Counted from the stretch's first letter, positions 46,939 through 56,942 are shown. The stretch: 64,000 nt of DNA from Euryarchaeota archaeon UBA462 (GCA_002506755.1 DAYD01000018.1:37118-101117), one strand, 5' to 3'. Notes: generated by a model from the letters alone, not told the origin. A program made the numbers and translations.

Positions 46939-47012
46939 TGGAGCACGAGCCGGGATTTGCACCCGGGTCCATGGATCTGCAGTCCATTGCATAGCTGCTC
47001 TGCCACTCGTGC
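46939..47012 (-). tRNA. tRNA-Cys (anticodon GCA), CCA encoded, atypical D/T loops
   Basis: Minus-strand cloverleaf: acceptor GCACGAG/CTCGTGC, anticodon arm ATGGA-CTGCAGA-TCCAT, T arm CCGGG-TGCAAAT-CCCGG, discriminator U, then CCA. Confidence 0.75.
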
Positions 47013-47077
47013 TGTACCTTTCCGACTAACCTCCCTCTCTTGAAGACTGTCCGTGTATCACGAATACCTTCATTGGT

Positions 47078-48235
47078 GTGAGCGGGTCCTGTATTGTTGT
47101 GCCTCGAGTGTCTTCAAGGTTCGACGGGCTGGGCGTGGGGTTCGCTCCATACTTACAACCGCCTGGCCCCGGAGTTGTTAGGTGGACAGTGGGAGAACCC
47201 GGTTTTGACACCCCGGATGAGATTGTAAATGCCGCGATTGATCAGTTGAGAAGGGGGAAGACGAAATACACCCGAGGACCGGGAACTATGGAACTTTGCC
47301 AATCTGTGGCCGACTACCTATCAGTCCACCATGGTATTGAGGCTGAAGCTGAGGAAATAGTTGTGACTCCTGGAGCTAAACAGGCTTTGCTGTATTCCTT
47401 CATGATCACCACAATGCCGGGTGACGAGGCCATACTACTAGCACCTTCCTGGGCGTCGTACGAGCCTATGCTCAAATTCATTGGTGCGGTTCCAATACAT
47501 GTTCAGGTTAAGATGGATAATTTCCACCCGGATATGCAAGCAATTAGGGACTCTATCACTGAAAGAACGAAGATGATACTCATAAATTCGCCAAGCAACC
47601 CCACCGGCGCGGTATATACTCCAGAGGAAATTGCTGAAATTGTAGAGATTGCGGTTGAAAACGACCTATGGATAGTCTCTGACGAAATTTATGGAAGGAT
47701 GATCTGGGTCGATTGGCCCCATGTATCTCCTGCGACAATTGCTGGTGGTAGAGAGAGGACAATAGTAGTAAACGGATGGTCAAAGTCATGGGCTATGACA
47801 GGAATGAGAGTTGGGTTCCTAACCGGTCCAAAGTCAGCGATGAAGGCAGCCATGAAGAGTCAAGCCAATTCCGCCTCCCATATTCCAACGTTCATGATGG
47901 AAGCGGCAAAAGTAGCACTAGAGTGCGATGATGCTGTTGAGGCGTTCAACAAGGAGTACCTCAAGAGAAGGGATATTCTAACCAAAGGATTGGATTCAAT
48001 CCCGGGGATTCGCGTACCTGAACCCGAAGGAGCCTTCTATGTATTCGCGGACATCACAGGCACGGGTATGACCGACATTGAGTTCGCGGATGGAGCATTG
48101 GATGCTGGTGTCCAACTTATTCCTGCCTCCTTAATCACAGGAGGCGCGGGTTTCGTTAGAGTCTCCTACGCTGTCGATGAAGAGTCGATACACGAAGGCC
48201 TTTACAGGCTTAGAAAATGGCTGACTAAAGAGTGA
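47078..48235 (+). CDS. class I PLP-dependent aminotransferase (aspartate aminotransferase-like)
   Basis: GEPGFDTP, NSPSNPTG and SKSWAMTGMRVG (PLP lysine). Confidence 0.85.
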   Translation: MSGSCIVVPRVSSRFDGLGVGFAPYLQPPGPGVVRWTVGEPGFDTPDEIVNAAIDQLRRGKTKYTRGPGTMELCQSVADYLSVHHGIEAEAEEIVVTPGAKQALLYSFMITTMPGDEAILLAPSWASYEPMLKFIGAVPIHVQVKMDNFHPDMQAIRDSITERTKMILINSPSNPTGAVYTPEEIAEIVEIAVENDLWIVSDEIYGRMIWVDWPHVSPATIAGGRERTIVVNGWSKSWAMTGMRVGFLTGPKSAMKAAMKSQANSASHIPTFMMEAAKVALECDDAVEAFNKEYLKRRDILTKGLDSIPGIRVPEPEGAFYVFADITGTGMTDIEFADGALDAGVQLIPASLITGGAGFVRVSYAVDEESIHEGLYRLRKWLTKE

Positions 48236-48245
48236 GTTTGAAATC

Positions 48246-48650
48246 TTGGTCACTAGACAGTGGCCTATGAGGGAGTCTGGGCCCATAGGCAAGCACATCC
48301 TGATGGACTATGTCGATTACATATCCCCTAGAGATAACGATGGTGATTGGTTGTTAGGAATTCTCAGAGACTCTGTTCGAGACTCTGGTGTGATCGAGGT
48401 TCACTCTCATGTAGAGGCTTTTGATGGAACTAAAAGCCCTCCTGGCTTCGCATCCGTAGTGTTGATTGATGAGAGTCATGTGAGCGCCCACTGTTATTCT
48501 GAAAGGGGACTGCTGGCAATTGACGTCTTTACCTGCGGGAAACACGACCCAGAAATTATTGCTGAACTGATTCACGATAGGTTGAGATCGGAAATACCCA
48601 GCCTCAGACTAGTTTTCAAGAAAAGTGTTGATCGTTTTAGAGGTGATTGA
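48246..48650 (+). CDS. speH: S-adenosylmethionine decarboxylase proenzyme (pyruvoyl type)
   Basis: Self-cleavage motif LIDESHVSAHCYSE. The start codon is TTG. Confidence 0.8.
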   Translation: MVTRQWPMRESGPIGKHILMDYVDYISPRDNDGDWLLGILRDSVRDSGVIEVHSHVEAFDGTKSPPGFASVVLIDESHVSAHCYSERGLLAIDVFTCGKHDPEIIAELIHDRLRSEIPSLRLVFKKSVDRFRGD

Positions 48651-49595
48651 TTGGGAGTCAAGGATTTTATGAACGAGCATTACAAACACTTCAATGCAGG
48701 TGAGTTGGCTCGTTGCTCCAACTCTCTCGATGACTTCCTCTCTGAAGGAGGGAGGTTGATCGTAACTTTGGCAGGGGCGATGTCCACAGCCGAGATAGGG
48801 AGGAGCCTTGGTCCTGCAATAAGGCAACAGAAAATTCACGCAATATGTTGTACTGGAGCTAATCTAGAAGAGGATTTGTTCAGTCTTGTCTCACGTTCTG
48901 ACTATGAAAACATAACAAATTGGAGGCAGCAGACTGGAAATGATGATGCTTCTCTTGCAAAGAGAGGGATGAATCGTGTAACAGATGTTGCAATTCCCGA
49001 GAAGACTATAGTTAAGATTGGGGCCAAGATGGTGGAGCTATGGGAAGAAGCAGAGGCGGTGGGTGACAGCAGGTTTCCTCACGAGTACTTCTACGATCTA
49101 ATCCTTCATAGCAATCTGGAATACTCTGCTCCACCTGAAGAGTCCTGGTTGGTTGCTGCAGCTGATGCCAATTTGCCAATCTTCACCCCTGGGTGGGAAG
49201 ACTCGACTATCGGCAACCTACTCTCCGCAAAGGTACTAGATTGCACCTTGAAGAGTAATTCGGTTGTTAGAGGGGGTCTTGATGCTATGCAGTCACTTGC
49301 AGATTGGTACAGGGAAGACGATTCCCCTACGGGAATACTGCAAGTTGGAGGAGGGATATCCGGCGATTTTGCAATTTCGGTAGTCCCGATGTTAATACAG
49401 GATGCTGGAATAGAAGTGCCCCTTTGGTCTTGGTTCGCTCAGATTTCTGAATCTAGACCATCATATGGAGGGTACTCTGGAGCCCCTCCCAGTGAAAAAA
49501 TTAGTTGGGGGAAGCTTAGTGTTGACACGCCTCAGTTTGTAATCGAGTCTGATGCAAGCATCGTGCTACCACTGCTACTATCTTCACTAGAATAG
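48651..49595 (+). CDS. dys: deoxyhypusine synthase
   Basis: LAGAMSTAEIG...CCTGANLEEDLF and GGGISGDF patterns. The start abuts the speH stop, and ATG 48669 is an alternative. Confidence 0.8.
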   Translation: MGVKDFMNEHYKHFNAGELARCSNSLDDFLSEGGRLIVTLAGAMSTAEIGRSLGPAIRQQKIHAICCTGANLEEDLFSLVSRSDYENITNWRQQTGNDDASLAKRGMNRVTDVAIPEKTIVKIGAKMVELWEEAEAVGDSRFPHEYFYDLILHSNLEYSAPPEESWLVAAADANLPIFTPGWEDSTIGNLLSAKVLDCTLKSNSVVRGGLDAMQSLADWYREDDSPTGILQVGGGISGDFAISVVPMLIQDAGIEVPLWSWFAQISESRPSYGGYSGAPPSEKISWGKLSVDTPQFVIESDASIVLPLLLSSLE

Positions 49596-50828
49596 GTTGG
49601 TGTATGGGATACCAGATTCTGATATTCTGATTAATTGATTGTACTTTGAGGTTCGGTCTGATCTAGCAGGAGCACCTGTTTTGATCTGACCAGAGTTGGT
49701 GCCTACTGCTATATCGGATATTATGTGGTCCTCGGTTTCACCGGATCTATGACTAATTATAGTCCCAAAGCCGGCCTCCTTAGCCATTCTGATTACCTCC
49801 ATGGTCTCAGTGACTGTACCAATTTGGTTCAATTTTATGAGTATTGAATTGGAAGCTCTGTCCTCTATGCCCCTGAGTAGTCGATTGGGATTAGTCACAT
49901 ACAGATCGTCTCCAACTATCTGAACTCTGTTGCCTTCTAAATTAGTAAATGCAATCCATGACTCCCAATCATCCTCCCCAAAAGGATCCTCAATCGAAGT
50001 TATGGGGTATTTATCCAGCCAACTTGAGTATAATTGCCCGAGTTCTAGTCCTGAGACTTCCTTTCCATCTATTCGGTATATCTCGCCATCAAAGAATTCC
50101 TGAGCGGCAATGTCCAGAGCTATTGAAATCTGATTGCCAGGAGAATATCCAGCGTTAATTATTGACTGATGAACTAGCTTTAGCCCCTCTTCGTTTTTGG
50201 AAAGATTTGGGGCGAATCCTCCTTCATCACCAATCCCGCTCAATAGTCCCTCTTTCTTCAGAATGGATTTCAGTGTGTGGTAAACCTCCACACCTGCCCT
50301 TAGGGCTTCAGTGAAGCTGGCAAATCCGTGTGGGACTACCATAAATTCCTGCACGTCAACATTAGATTCGGCGTGAGCCCCTCCGTTGAGAATATTCATC
50401 ATTGGAACTGGAAGAGCCACTTCTTCCCCTGAAGAAATGTACGACCACAGTGCCCCCTCGGTAGCAGATTTTAGACATGCCAAAGAGGCACCAAGAGTTG
50501 CATTGGCTCCGAGTCTACCTTTGTTTGAGGTCCCGTCTAACTGAATCAGCGCCGAGTCAATTGCTTCTTGTTTCGACGGGTCCTTCCCTATCAAGGCGGA
50601 TCTGATTTCGCCATTCACGTTTTGTATAGCATTTTGTACTCCCATTCCCATCCAATTTGATCCACCATCTCTGATTTCCACTGCTTCGTGGGTTCCTGTG
50701 CTTGCACCTGATGGTACGGCAGCCTGGCCTCGTAGGATGTCATTTACATAGCACTCAACTTCAAGAGTGGGATTTCCTCTGGAGTCAAGAATTTCTCGAG
50801 CGAAGATGTCGCTGATAGCGGCACCCAT
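49587..50828 (-). CDS. eno: enolase
   Basis: SHRSGETED, IKLNQIGT and AREILDSRGNPT motifs. Confidence 0.95.
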   Translation of the reverse strand: MGAAISDIFAREILDSRGNPTLEVECYVNDILRGQAAVPSGASTGTHEAVEIRDGGSNWMGMGVQNAIQNVNGEIRSALIGKDPSKQEAIDSALIQLDGTSNKGRLGANATLGASLACLKSATEGALWSYISSGEEVALPVPMMNILNGGAHAESNVDVQEFMVVPHGFASFTEALRAGVEVYHTLKSILKKEGLLSGIGDEGGFAPNLSKNEEGLKLVHQSIINAGYSPGNQISIALDIAAQEFFDGEIYRIDGKEVSGLELGQLYSSWLDKYPITSIEDPFGEDDWESWIAFTNLEGNRVQIVGDDLYVTNPNRLLRGIEDRASNSILIKLNQIGTVTETMEVIRMAKEAGFGTIISHRSGETEDHIISDIAVGTNSGQIKTGAPARSDRTSKYNQLIRISESGIPYTNLF

Positions 50829-50872
50829 TGACTGCGCGAGTAGCCTTCAGTTTCTCAAGTTAGCGCAATAGT

Positions 50873-51346
50873 TCATTTGTTAAGCCAACTAAGCCATCTA
50901 GAAACTTTGTTTTGGGTTTCGGGAACCTCAAGTTCAGACCTACAGCAGTATTCCCAACACAATTGCTCGTCTTTTGGAGAAATTGAGAATAGCTCGGCCC
51001 TAAGTAAAACTCCGTCGGTGCTTGTTGGTTTTGATCTGTTATCATCGACGAAACAGTGTATTAGGTGCTTTGGATAGTGATGTATCCTGCCCGTTTCGGG
51101 ACAGCATAACATTGCACTATTTTTCAGGAAAATTAGTGAAGAACCTGACTCGGAGTCAATTTCATGTCCTATTATTTTTGACCCGCTTATTAAAGAAGCA
51201 ACGTCAACATTGTACCACTGAGAGTAAGTTTGTGGTATGTTCATCCCTGAGACGTCATCAAGATATTCCTGAATTTTGAGGTGGGAGAGTGCCTCCTCCT
51301 GACTCATATTAACCCAACTAAGGCCATCCCATTTGAATACAACCAA
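50873..51346 (-). CDS. hypothetical protein
   Basis: 157-aa Cys-rich ORF (CC, CFV, CWEYCC) with no recognised family. Confidence 0.4.
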   Translation of the reverse strand: MVVFKWDGLSWVNMSQEEALSHLKIQEYLDDVSGMNIPQTYSQWYNVDVASLISGSKIIGHEIDSESGSSLIFLKNSAMLCCPETGRIHHYPKHLIHCFVDDNRSKPTSTDGVLLRAELFSISPKDEQLCWEYCCRSELEVPETQNKVSRWLSWLNK

Positions 51347-51448
51347 AATTTATGAATTACGGAAAAACTGAATAGCGGAAAATATTATGTTAAAAAACGA
51401 AGAAAAGTACAAGAAAAATCCATAAATTATCTTTTTTCGGACATAACT

Positions 51449-51871
51449 ATGCGGAATGTGGATTCCTTAGATAGATCAATTTTATCCCACCTCAGAGAGT
51501 CAGCCAGAGCACCCTATGTGGATATTGCTAAGTCTGTTGGAGTCACTGAGAGGACAGTAAGGACTCGAATAAAAAAATTAGAAGATGATGGCATAATTAG
51601 AGGTTATACAGTAAGAGAAGCTGGAATTGGACTCACTGCATTAATCCGCTTAAAAGTTGGATCTGGTACTGAAATCAGTACATTAGCAGGAGATTTCTCG
51701 GGCTGGAGTGGGGTTGAATGTGTTTACGAAATTAGTGGGGATGCTGACTTAGTGGCGGTTGTTCATGTAGATGATACGGTTGCTCTTCGAAACATGCTTG
51801 ATAAAATGTGGCTAGCAGCTCCTGGTGACATCGACTCTACACAGACCGAACTTGTTCTTGAGCAGTATTGA
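51449..51871 (+). CDS. Lrp/AsnC-family transcriptional regulator
   Basis: HTH segment LDRSILSHLRESARAPYVDIAKSVGVTERTVRTRIKKLEDDGII followed by a RAM-type C-terminal domain. Confidence 0.85.
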   Translation: MRNVDSLDRSILSHLRESARAPYVDIAKSVGVTERTVRTRIKKLEDDGIIRGYTVREAGIGLTALIRLKVGSGTEISTLAGDFSGWSGVECVYEISGDADLVAVVHVDDTVALRNMLDKMWLAAPGDIDSTQTELVLEQY

Positions 51872-51874
51872 GTT

Positions 51875-52687
51875 CTAAGGCTTAGACAAGAGATATCGAA
51901 AATAACCTATCTTTCCTGTTTCTAGAGCCGAGAAAATCGGCGTCCCCGGTACGCCTCCAAATGTCTCAAAACTCTTTCTTAGTGATGGGGGTGCACTATT
52001 TCTGATCAGCTCTCTTCTGTCCGTGTCTATTACACTTAGAGCTTCGAGAACATTGTCTGTAATCTCTTTTCTTGATTCTATGGAAAATCCTGAATGAAGA
52101 AATTGTTCATGCATCTCATCCATTGTTTTCTGATCCCTCATATCTGTCCAACAGAAATTGCCTCCCTTTCTCAATACTCTGTAAGTCTCGTCAAGAAATG
52201 CTGGGATATTTCCATAGCAGTGTGATGATTCAACATTGTATACCACGTCAAAAGTCTCGTCTTCGAATGGTAGATTTTCAGCATTGCCCTCTAAAAATAT
52301 TAAATTTTCCTGAGAGGAATACCACTCAATACAACGATTTACTGCCTTTTCTGAATAGTCTAGAGCAACTAATGACTTGGGATTCATTGTTTTAGAAATC
52401 CAACTTGCTCCACCTCCTCTCCCTGAGCCTATTTCAAGGATTTCTTTTCCTTCTAAGTCAGTATCTCTTACGTTCATGTGGTATAATTGAATGAATATTC
52501 GGTTTGGCTCATCTTCAGGAGATAGAGTGGGCGGGTAATTGTCCTTGAAGCCATAGTTCATGAACTTGAATTCTGGGTCTTTGTGAGATCTAGCCATTCT
52601 TTGATAGAGGGATTTCCACATCCTACTCCTGATATTTGGGGGTGAGATTCTCAAAGCTATGTAAAATAGCCTAGCAGGGAGTCCCAT
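51875..52687 (-). CDS. class I SAM-dependent methyltransferase
   Basis: Motif I ILEIGSGRGGGASW and post-I DYS. Starting at ATG 52687 avoids overlap with the upstream gene. Confidence 0.7.
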   Translation of the reverse strand: MGLPARLFYIALRISPPNIRSRMWKSLYQRMARSHKDPEFKFMNYGFKDNYPPTLSPEDEPNRIFIQLYHMNVRDTDLEGKEILEIGSGRGGGASWISKTMNPKSLVALDYSEKAVNRCIEWYSSQENLIFLEGNAENLPFEDETFDVVYNVESSHCYGNIPAFLDETYRVLRKGGNFCWTDMRDQKTMDEMHEQFLHSGFSIESRKEITDNVLEALSVIDTDRRELIRNSAPPSLRKSFETFGGVPGTPIFSALETGKIGYFRYLLSKP

Positions 52688-52701
52688 GCCCAATTTAGCA
52701 C

Positions 52702-53256
52702 CTAAGCCTTCCACTTTACAGAACAACCGATGCTATCTGTCCTAGGCACTGATATGGTCTGTGCCGAGGCCAACTGCCTAATAGCGTCCTCTAGCTCTGA
52801 GGTGGTGGCATGTGAGGGATCACGGGGTGAGTCATCCAATCTTCCCCTGTATACTACTTTGGAATCTGAATTGATTAGATAGAATTCCGGGGTCCTTTCT
52901 GCACCATAAGAAAGCGCCACTTCCTGAGAAGAGTCGTGAAGGTAAGGATATGACATCCCTCTTTTCGCCCTCTTTACCATATTCTCCCATGAGTCAGACT
53001 CGTACTTTACAGGGTCGTTTGAGTTTATCCCTACGAAACCTAATCCGATATCCCTAGCAATCTCTGCTACGTTCTCTATCCTAGGTTCAGAACCTACCAC
53101 ATACGGACAATGATTGCAAGTGAAAAAGACTACTGCCCCATTTTCGCCCATTACTTCCGATAGTGCCATAGTCGCTTGACCGGAGCTTTGGTTAGCGTTC
53201 GGAAGATTAAATTCTGGAGCCGTTGCCCCAGGTTCCACAGATTTGGTTTGTTGCAT
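52702..53256 (-). CDS. thioredoxin-fold redoxin (AhpC/TSA / TlpA-like)
   Basis: VVFFTCNHCPYV active-site CxxC in a redoxin-sized protein. Confidence 0.65.
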   Translation of the reverse strand: MQQTKSVEPGATAPEFNLPNANQSSGQATMALSEVMGENGAVVFFTCNHCPYVVGSEPRIENVAEIARDIGLGFVGINSNDPVKYESDSWENMVKRAKRGMSYPYLHDSSQEVALSYGAERTPEFYLINSDSKVVYRGRLDDSPRDPSHATTSELEDAIRQLASAQTISVPRTDSIGCSVKWKA

Positions 53257-53281
53257 ATTGTTGCGGTTGGGTTAGACCTGT

Positions 53282-55573
53282 TCAATCCTTTGGAATGATT
53301 GGCTCACTAGATTTGTGCAGCGCCCTGCACTCTTCCAAGCGTCTTCTCGCGAGTTTGCTTTGAGGATCGACATCCAGAACCCTTCTCCATGCCAATGCTG
53401 CCTTCTCAACGTCGTCTCTCTCATGAAGGATTGCAGCAATTCTCAGTCTGGCATCAATGTGTTGTGGGTCGGAAGATACTGCCGATTCAAAGTCCGATAA
53501 TGCTTCATCGGACTTGCCAAAGTCCAGGTAAAGGAGGCCTCTTTGATACCAAGCTTCGGAAAGGTGGGGATTGGCTTCAATCGCCTTGTTCAGTGGCTTC
53601 TCTGCCTGTTCTGATTTCCCCATTGCAATCATGCAGGTTCCAAGATGGACAAGCCCCAAGGAGTGGTTCGGATTGATCTCTAGCAAATCTCTTAATTCAA
53701 TCTCGGCAGATGTCCAGTCTCCCTGGTTCATCAGGATTTCAGATCTTCTCAACCTAGCAAGTTGATGATTTGGCCTAGTCTGTACAAGGAGGTTCGCGTC
53801 ATCAAGAGCAGTTTCCAAGTCATCACATAGAAGAGCAGCTGAAGCTCTATTGAGCCTCGCCCTTACGTGCTCTGGCTGGATTTCTAAAGAGGTAGAAAAG
53901 AGTTTCTTAGCCTCCTCAAGTCTTCCCAATCTAGCTGAAATTATTCCTCGAATAAATGGGACTGTTGGGCTATTTTTCAGAGTTCTAGTTGCCTCTAGTG
54001 ATAATGAATTCGCTTGCTCCAAGTGTCCAATTTCTATACAAAGTTGAGCTTCCTCAAGAGGAATTGAAGGATGATCCGGAATTAACCTCCTTGCCCTAAC
54101 TAATGCTACTTCTGCTTCATCCAATGCCCCTTGATACCTCAGAGCTCTAGCCCGTCCAAGCCAAGCGAGTCCAGATTCTCGATCTATTTCGATGGCTCTA
54201 TCGAACGAAACCAAAGAATCTATGACTGCTATGGGGTCGAGTTTCCCTGTTTCGTCCCTGTGCTCTTCCGATTGGACTAGAGACAATCTACCTTTCATCA
54301 CATTCATAGTGGTGGAATCCCAACACTCTTCTGGTGCATCATCGAGTATTGCTTTGGAGGAGTCGATTGAGCCTTTGCTCAGCCATAGTTGGCTAAGTCT
54401 GCCTCTGGCCTCTGAATCAATCGGTGTCCTTTCTAGATGCTCCGCTAATACCTCTATTGCAGCATCCGATCTACCATCTTTCTCAAGTATTTCTGACTCA
54501 AAAATTACAGTATATTCTCCCAAAGCGTTAGCTCTCCGTAGACATTTCACTGCTTCCTTGACAGGCTTTCCTTGGGCTGCCATCAGCCTAGCTTTCAAGG
54601 ACCACGCGGGACCGAATTGAGCATCTGCCTCTATTGCTAAGCTTACTGTTTCGAGAGCGATGCCAACCTCTCCTAGAATTAGTTGCTTTTCGGCCTTTTT
54701 TGTTAGAACGGATGCGCTTGATATTATTCCGGGTCCAAATTTTTCTCCTACTTCATATTCTCTTGCTCTTTTGGTAATTCCAGAAATTTCTATTTCTTCT
54801 TCAAATGACTCAAGGCCTATCCCAAGAGCTTCTAGTCTCTTTTCATTCCTCTCAATTCTTTCGTCGTCTCTTCCTTCCAGAAGGACAAGCTGCTCTTGAA
54901 GAGCTTCAACATCATCTGGAACGATCGCAAGCAGCCTCTCTAGGGTTCTATCAAGCGCGACTAGGTCCCCACTTTGCCTTCGAATCTCTGAAAGGGACCT
55001 AAGTGATGACTCGTCATCTGGATCCAATTCATTTGCACGCTGGAAGCAATCTGCGGCCCAATCAAACCTACTGACCAAATGAAGTATTTCACCCAACCGC
55101 CTATGCTCCCCTGCAGAAATTTCAATATCCTCTGCTTTCATCTCCGCCTCGGTAAGAATTGCAGCTAATCTCTTCGCGAGGGGAATTAACCCGGGAATTG
55201 GTTCACTGGTCTCCCCACCCGTTTCGGGATAGTGTTTCAACAGTAGCTTTGTTGCGTGACTAGCAATAGCACAAGATTCACTATTGCTTATCGGTATTCC
55301 TTGATTAAAAAGTAAGGATTCTGCTGATTCTAGTGACCTATGAACCCCTAATAGATCGTGGACCTCAGGTGCGTCGGACAAAATAGTGTCAACACCTCTT
55401 GAGAGCAGATCAAGTTTGTCAGAAGTATCACTGAGACTGCCCTTCATTGATCCCAGTTTAATGGCCATTTTTTGGTTGTACAAACTTACACTTCTGTGTT
55501 TAATCCAAAGTGCGAGAAAAGCGATTGAAACTACTCCGTACACAGTGAGCAACATCATTGTTGTCTCTTGCAT
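53282..55573 (-). CDS. TPR-repeat protein with N-terminal membrane anchor
   Basis: 763 aa. One N-terminal TM helix is followed by many 34-aa A/L/Y/W-patterned repeats (e.g. AWYQRGLLYLDFGKSDEALSDFESAV). Confidence 0.7.
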   Translation of the reverse strand: MQETTMMLLTVYGVVSIAFLALWIKHRSVSLYNQKMAIKLGSMKGSLSDTSDKLDLLSRGVDTILSDAPEVHDLLGVHRSLESAESLLFNQGIPISNSESCAIASHATKLLLKHYPETGGETSEPIPGLIPLAKRLAAILTEAEMKAEDIEISAGEHRRLGEILHLVSRFDWAADCFQRANELDPDDESSLRSLSEIRRQSGDLVALDRTLERLLAIVPDDVEALQEQLVLLEGRDDERIERNEKRLEALGIGLESFEEEIEISGITKRAREYEVGEKFGPGIISSASVLTKKAEKQLILGEVGIALETVSLAIEADAQFGPAWSLKARLMAAQGKPVKEAVKCLRRANALGEYTVIFESEILEKDGRSDAAIEVLAEHLERTPIDSEARGRLSQLWLSKGSIDSSKAILDDAPEECWDSTTMNVMKGRLSLVQSEEHRDETGKLDPIAVIDSLVSFDRAIEIDRESGLAWLGRARALRYQGALDEAEVALVRARRLIPDHPSIPLEEAQLCIEIGHLEQANSLSLEATRTLKNSPTVPFIRGIISARLGRLEEAKKLFSTSLEIQPEHVRARLNRASAALLCDDLETALDDANLLVQTRPNHQLARLRRSEILMNQGDWTSAEIELRDLLEINPNHSLGLVHLGTCMIAMGKSEQAEKPLNKAIEANPHLSEAWYQRGLLYLDFGKSDEALSDFESAVSSDPQHIDARLRIAAILHERDDVEKAALAWRRVLDVDPQSKLARRRLEECRALHKSSEPIIPKD

Positions 55574-55677
55574 CGGACTGAGCGGGCATGAGAGACTTTT
55601 GATGGCTTCTACTGTGTTCCACCTTGCGGAGGCTATTATACGCCTAGGCTTGAAATGCCAGAGTCAGGTATGGCCTT

Positions 55678-56847
55678 TCATTCTAAATCTCTTACAGAGT
55701 ATGCCTGTACTCCTAGTTTCAGTGATTGTGGGCCGACTGTTTTAGCAACGACGGTGTTTATTCCGGCTCCGGAAGCCAATTCGTGAATTCTATCCGTTAC
55801 CTTTCCAGAGAACACAAGGCCTTTGGGAGATTCGGCATTACCTAAAGCCGTCTCCAGATCCTTTGCACTAACAGGGTCAGATCCCTTTCCATCTCCCAAC
55901 ACAATAATTGCCTGATTCCTCTTTAATCCATCCATCATAGAAGCCCACGCCTTAATTTCTTCAGGTGCTTCCAAGGAGGGTTTTCCTTGCCCCACGGAGG
56001 CATCATCGTCCTTCTGAATCTCTGTCTGAATCCTTGCCACTGCCTTGGAGGCTGGCTCCTTCTGCCCAAGGCACTTTGTGACAACTTTCCCTTCTAGATG
56101 CTCCACTTCTCTGCTTTGTGGTGCGAAGGCTACGTGAGTAAGTGACTTGCCTAGGGTCCCGCTGATTTCCATCAGTAGTAGCTTACCCCCTCTGTCTCCA
56201 TCTAGGAATGCGGTCACGGTCTTCTTTTTTGACGCGAGTTGGGCCAGCTGGGGTTTTATTCCAGATCCCATCGTCGCGATGGCATTGTTTATTCCGTACT
56301 TCAGGAGATTTCTGACGTCATTCCTTCCTTCCACGATAATTATTGCATCTGAGTCTTTTACCTTTGGACCCGCAGTCATCTCTTCATAATCTATCTCTGT
56401 ATCCAATGTAAGCACTGCTCTGACTTCATCTAGAATATTCTTCGATTCTCCAGAAGCAGAGTTTACTATTCCCAAAAGTAGCTGCTTTGCTCTATCGATT
56501 ACATGATCCCTCTTTGCAGACCTCACATTTTCAATTTCCTTGACCTTAATTACTGCCTTACAAGGACCGATCCTATCGATTGTTTCTAGAGCTGCTCCAA
56601 TTACTGCAGTACTGACTTGGTCGATAGAGGATGAGACCTCTAGAGTTCCCTGAACTCGGCCCTTGTGGTTGTTTAAACTCACATCTACATGACCTATGCG
56701 GCCTGAGGACTGTAGCTTCCTTAGCTGTAATCCCTCTCCGAGTAGGCCTTCTGTTTGTCCAAAAATGGCCCCAACGACATCCTTTCGTGCTACTGTACCA
56801 TCGACTCTGATTGTTGCGTGTATGACATATTTTCCTTCACTTGACAT
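55678..56847 (-). CDS. dnaG: archaeal DnaG-type primase / exosome-associated TOPRIM protein
   Basis: N-terminus KYVIHATIRVDGTVARKDVVGAIFGQTEGLLG, with TOPRIM motifs IIIVEGRNDV and FLDGDRGGK. I chose the start at ATG 56847 (MSSEGKY). The longest ORF extends to 56880. Confidence 0.9.
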   Translation of the reverse strand: MSSEGKYVIHATIRVDGTVARKDVVGAIFGQTEGLLGEGLQLRKLQSSGRIGHVDVSLNNHKGRVQGTLEVSSSIDQVSTAVIGAALETIDRIGPCKAVIKVKEIENVRSAKRDHVIDRAKQLLLGIVNSASGESKNILDEVRAVLTLDTEIDYEEMTAGPKVKDSDAIIIVEGRNDVRNLLKYGINNAIATMGSGIKPQLAQLASKKKTVTAFLDGDRGGKLLLMEISGTLGKSLTHVAFAPQSREVEHLEGKVVTKCLGQKEPASKAVARIQTEIQKDDDASVGQGKPSLEAPEEIKAWASMMDGLKRNQAIIVLGDGKGSDPVSAKDLETALGNAESPKGLVFSGKVTDRIHELASGAGINTVVAKTVGPQSLKLGVQAYSVRDLE

Positions 56848-56872
56848 ATTATTCAATTCCTTCTTGCCTTTC

Positions 56873-56942
56873 GGCCCCAAACCGGGGCCTTGCCCCCTTT
56901 TTCGCTATTCTAGCGGGGGGTTCGGATGGGCGCAAAGCGCCC
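56873..56942. other. cluster of three GC-rich hairpins in the dnaG-upstream divergent intergenic region
   Basis: GGCCCC-AAACC-GGGGCC at 56873-56889. CCCCC-UUUUU-[CGCUA-UUC-UAGCG]-GGGGG at 56893-56920. GGGCGC-AAA-GCGCCC at 56928-56942. The strand is undetermined. Confidence 0.5.

Noticed and set aside
46929-47077. Integration hotspot or genomic-island border at the tRNA-Cys gene.
   Set aside because: There is no integrase, no direct repeat of the tRNA 3' end, and no phage or plasmid genes on either side. The neighbours are ordinary membrane and metabolic genes.
55678-56880. N-terminal extension of DnaG (MGPKGKKELNN...) from the longest ORF.
   Set aside because: The extension would be encoded by the GC hairpin at 56873-56889. 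Archaeal DnaG proteins normally begin close to the KY(V/L)IHA motif, so ATG 56847 is the more plausible start.
56920-56930. 5S rRNA. The minus strand reads CCCAUCCGAAC, similar to the conserved CCCAUCCCGAAC of archaeal 5S loop C.
   Set aside because: The surrounding sequence does not form helix I (complementary 5'/3' ends) or the helix IV/V region, and the remaining 5S consensus is absent.
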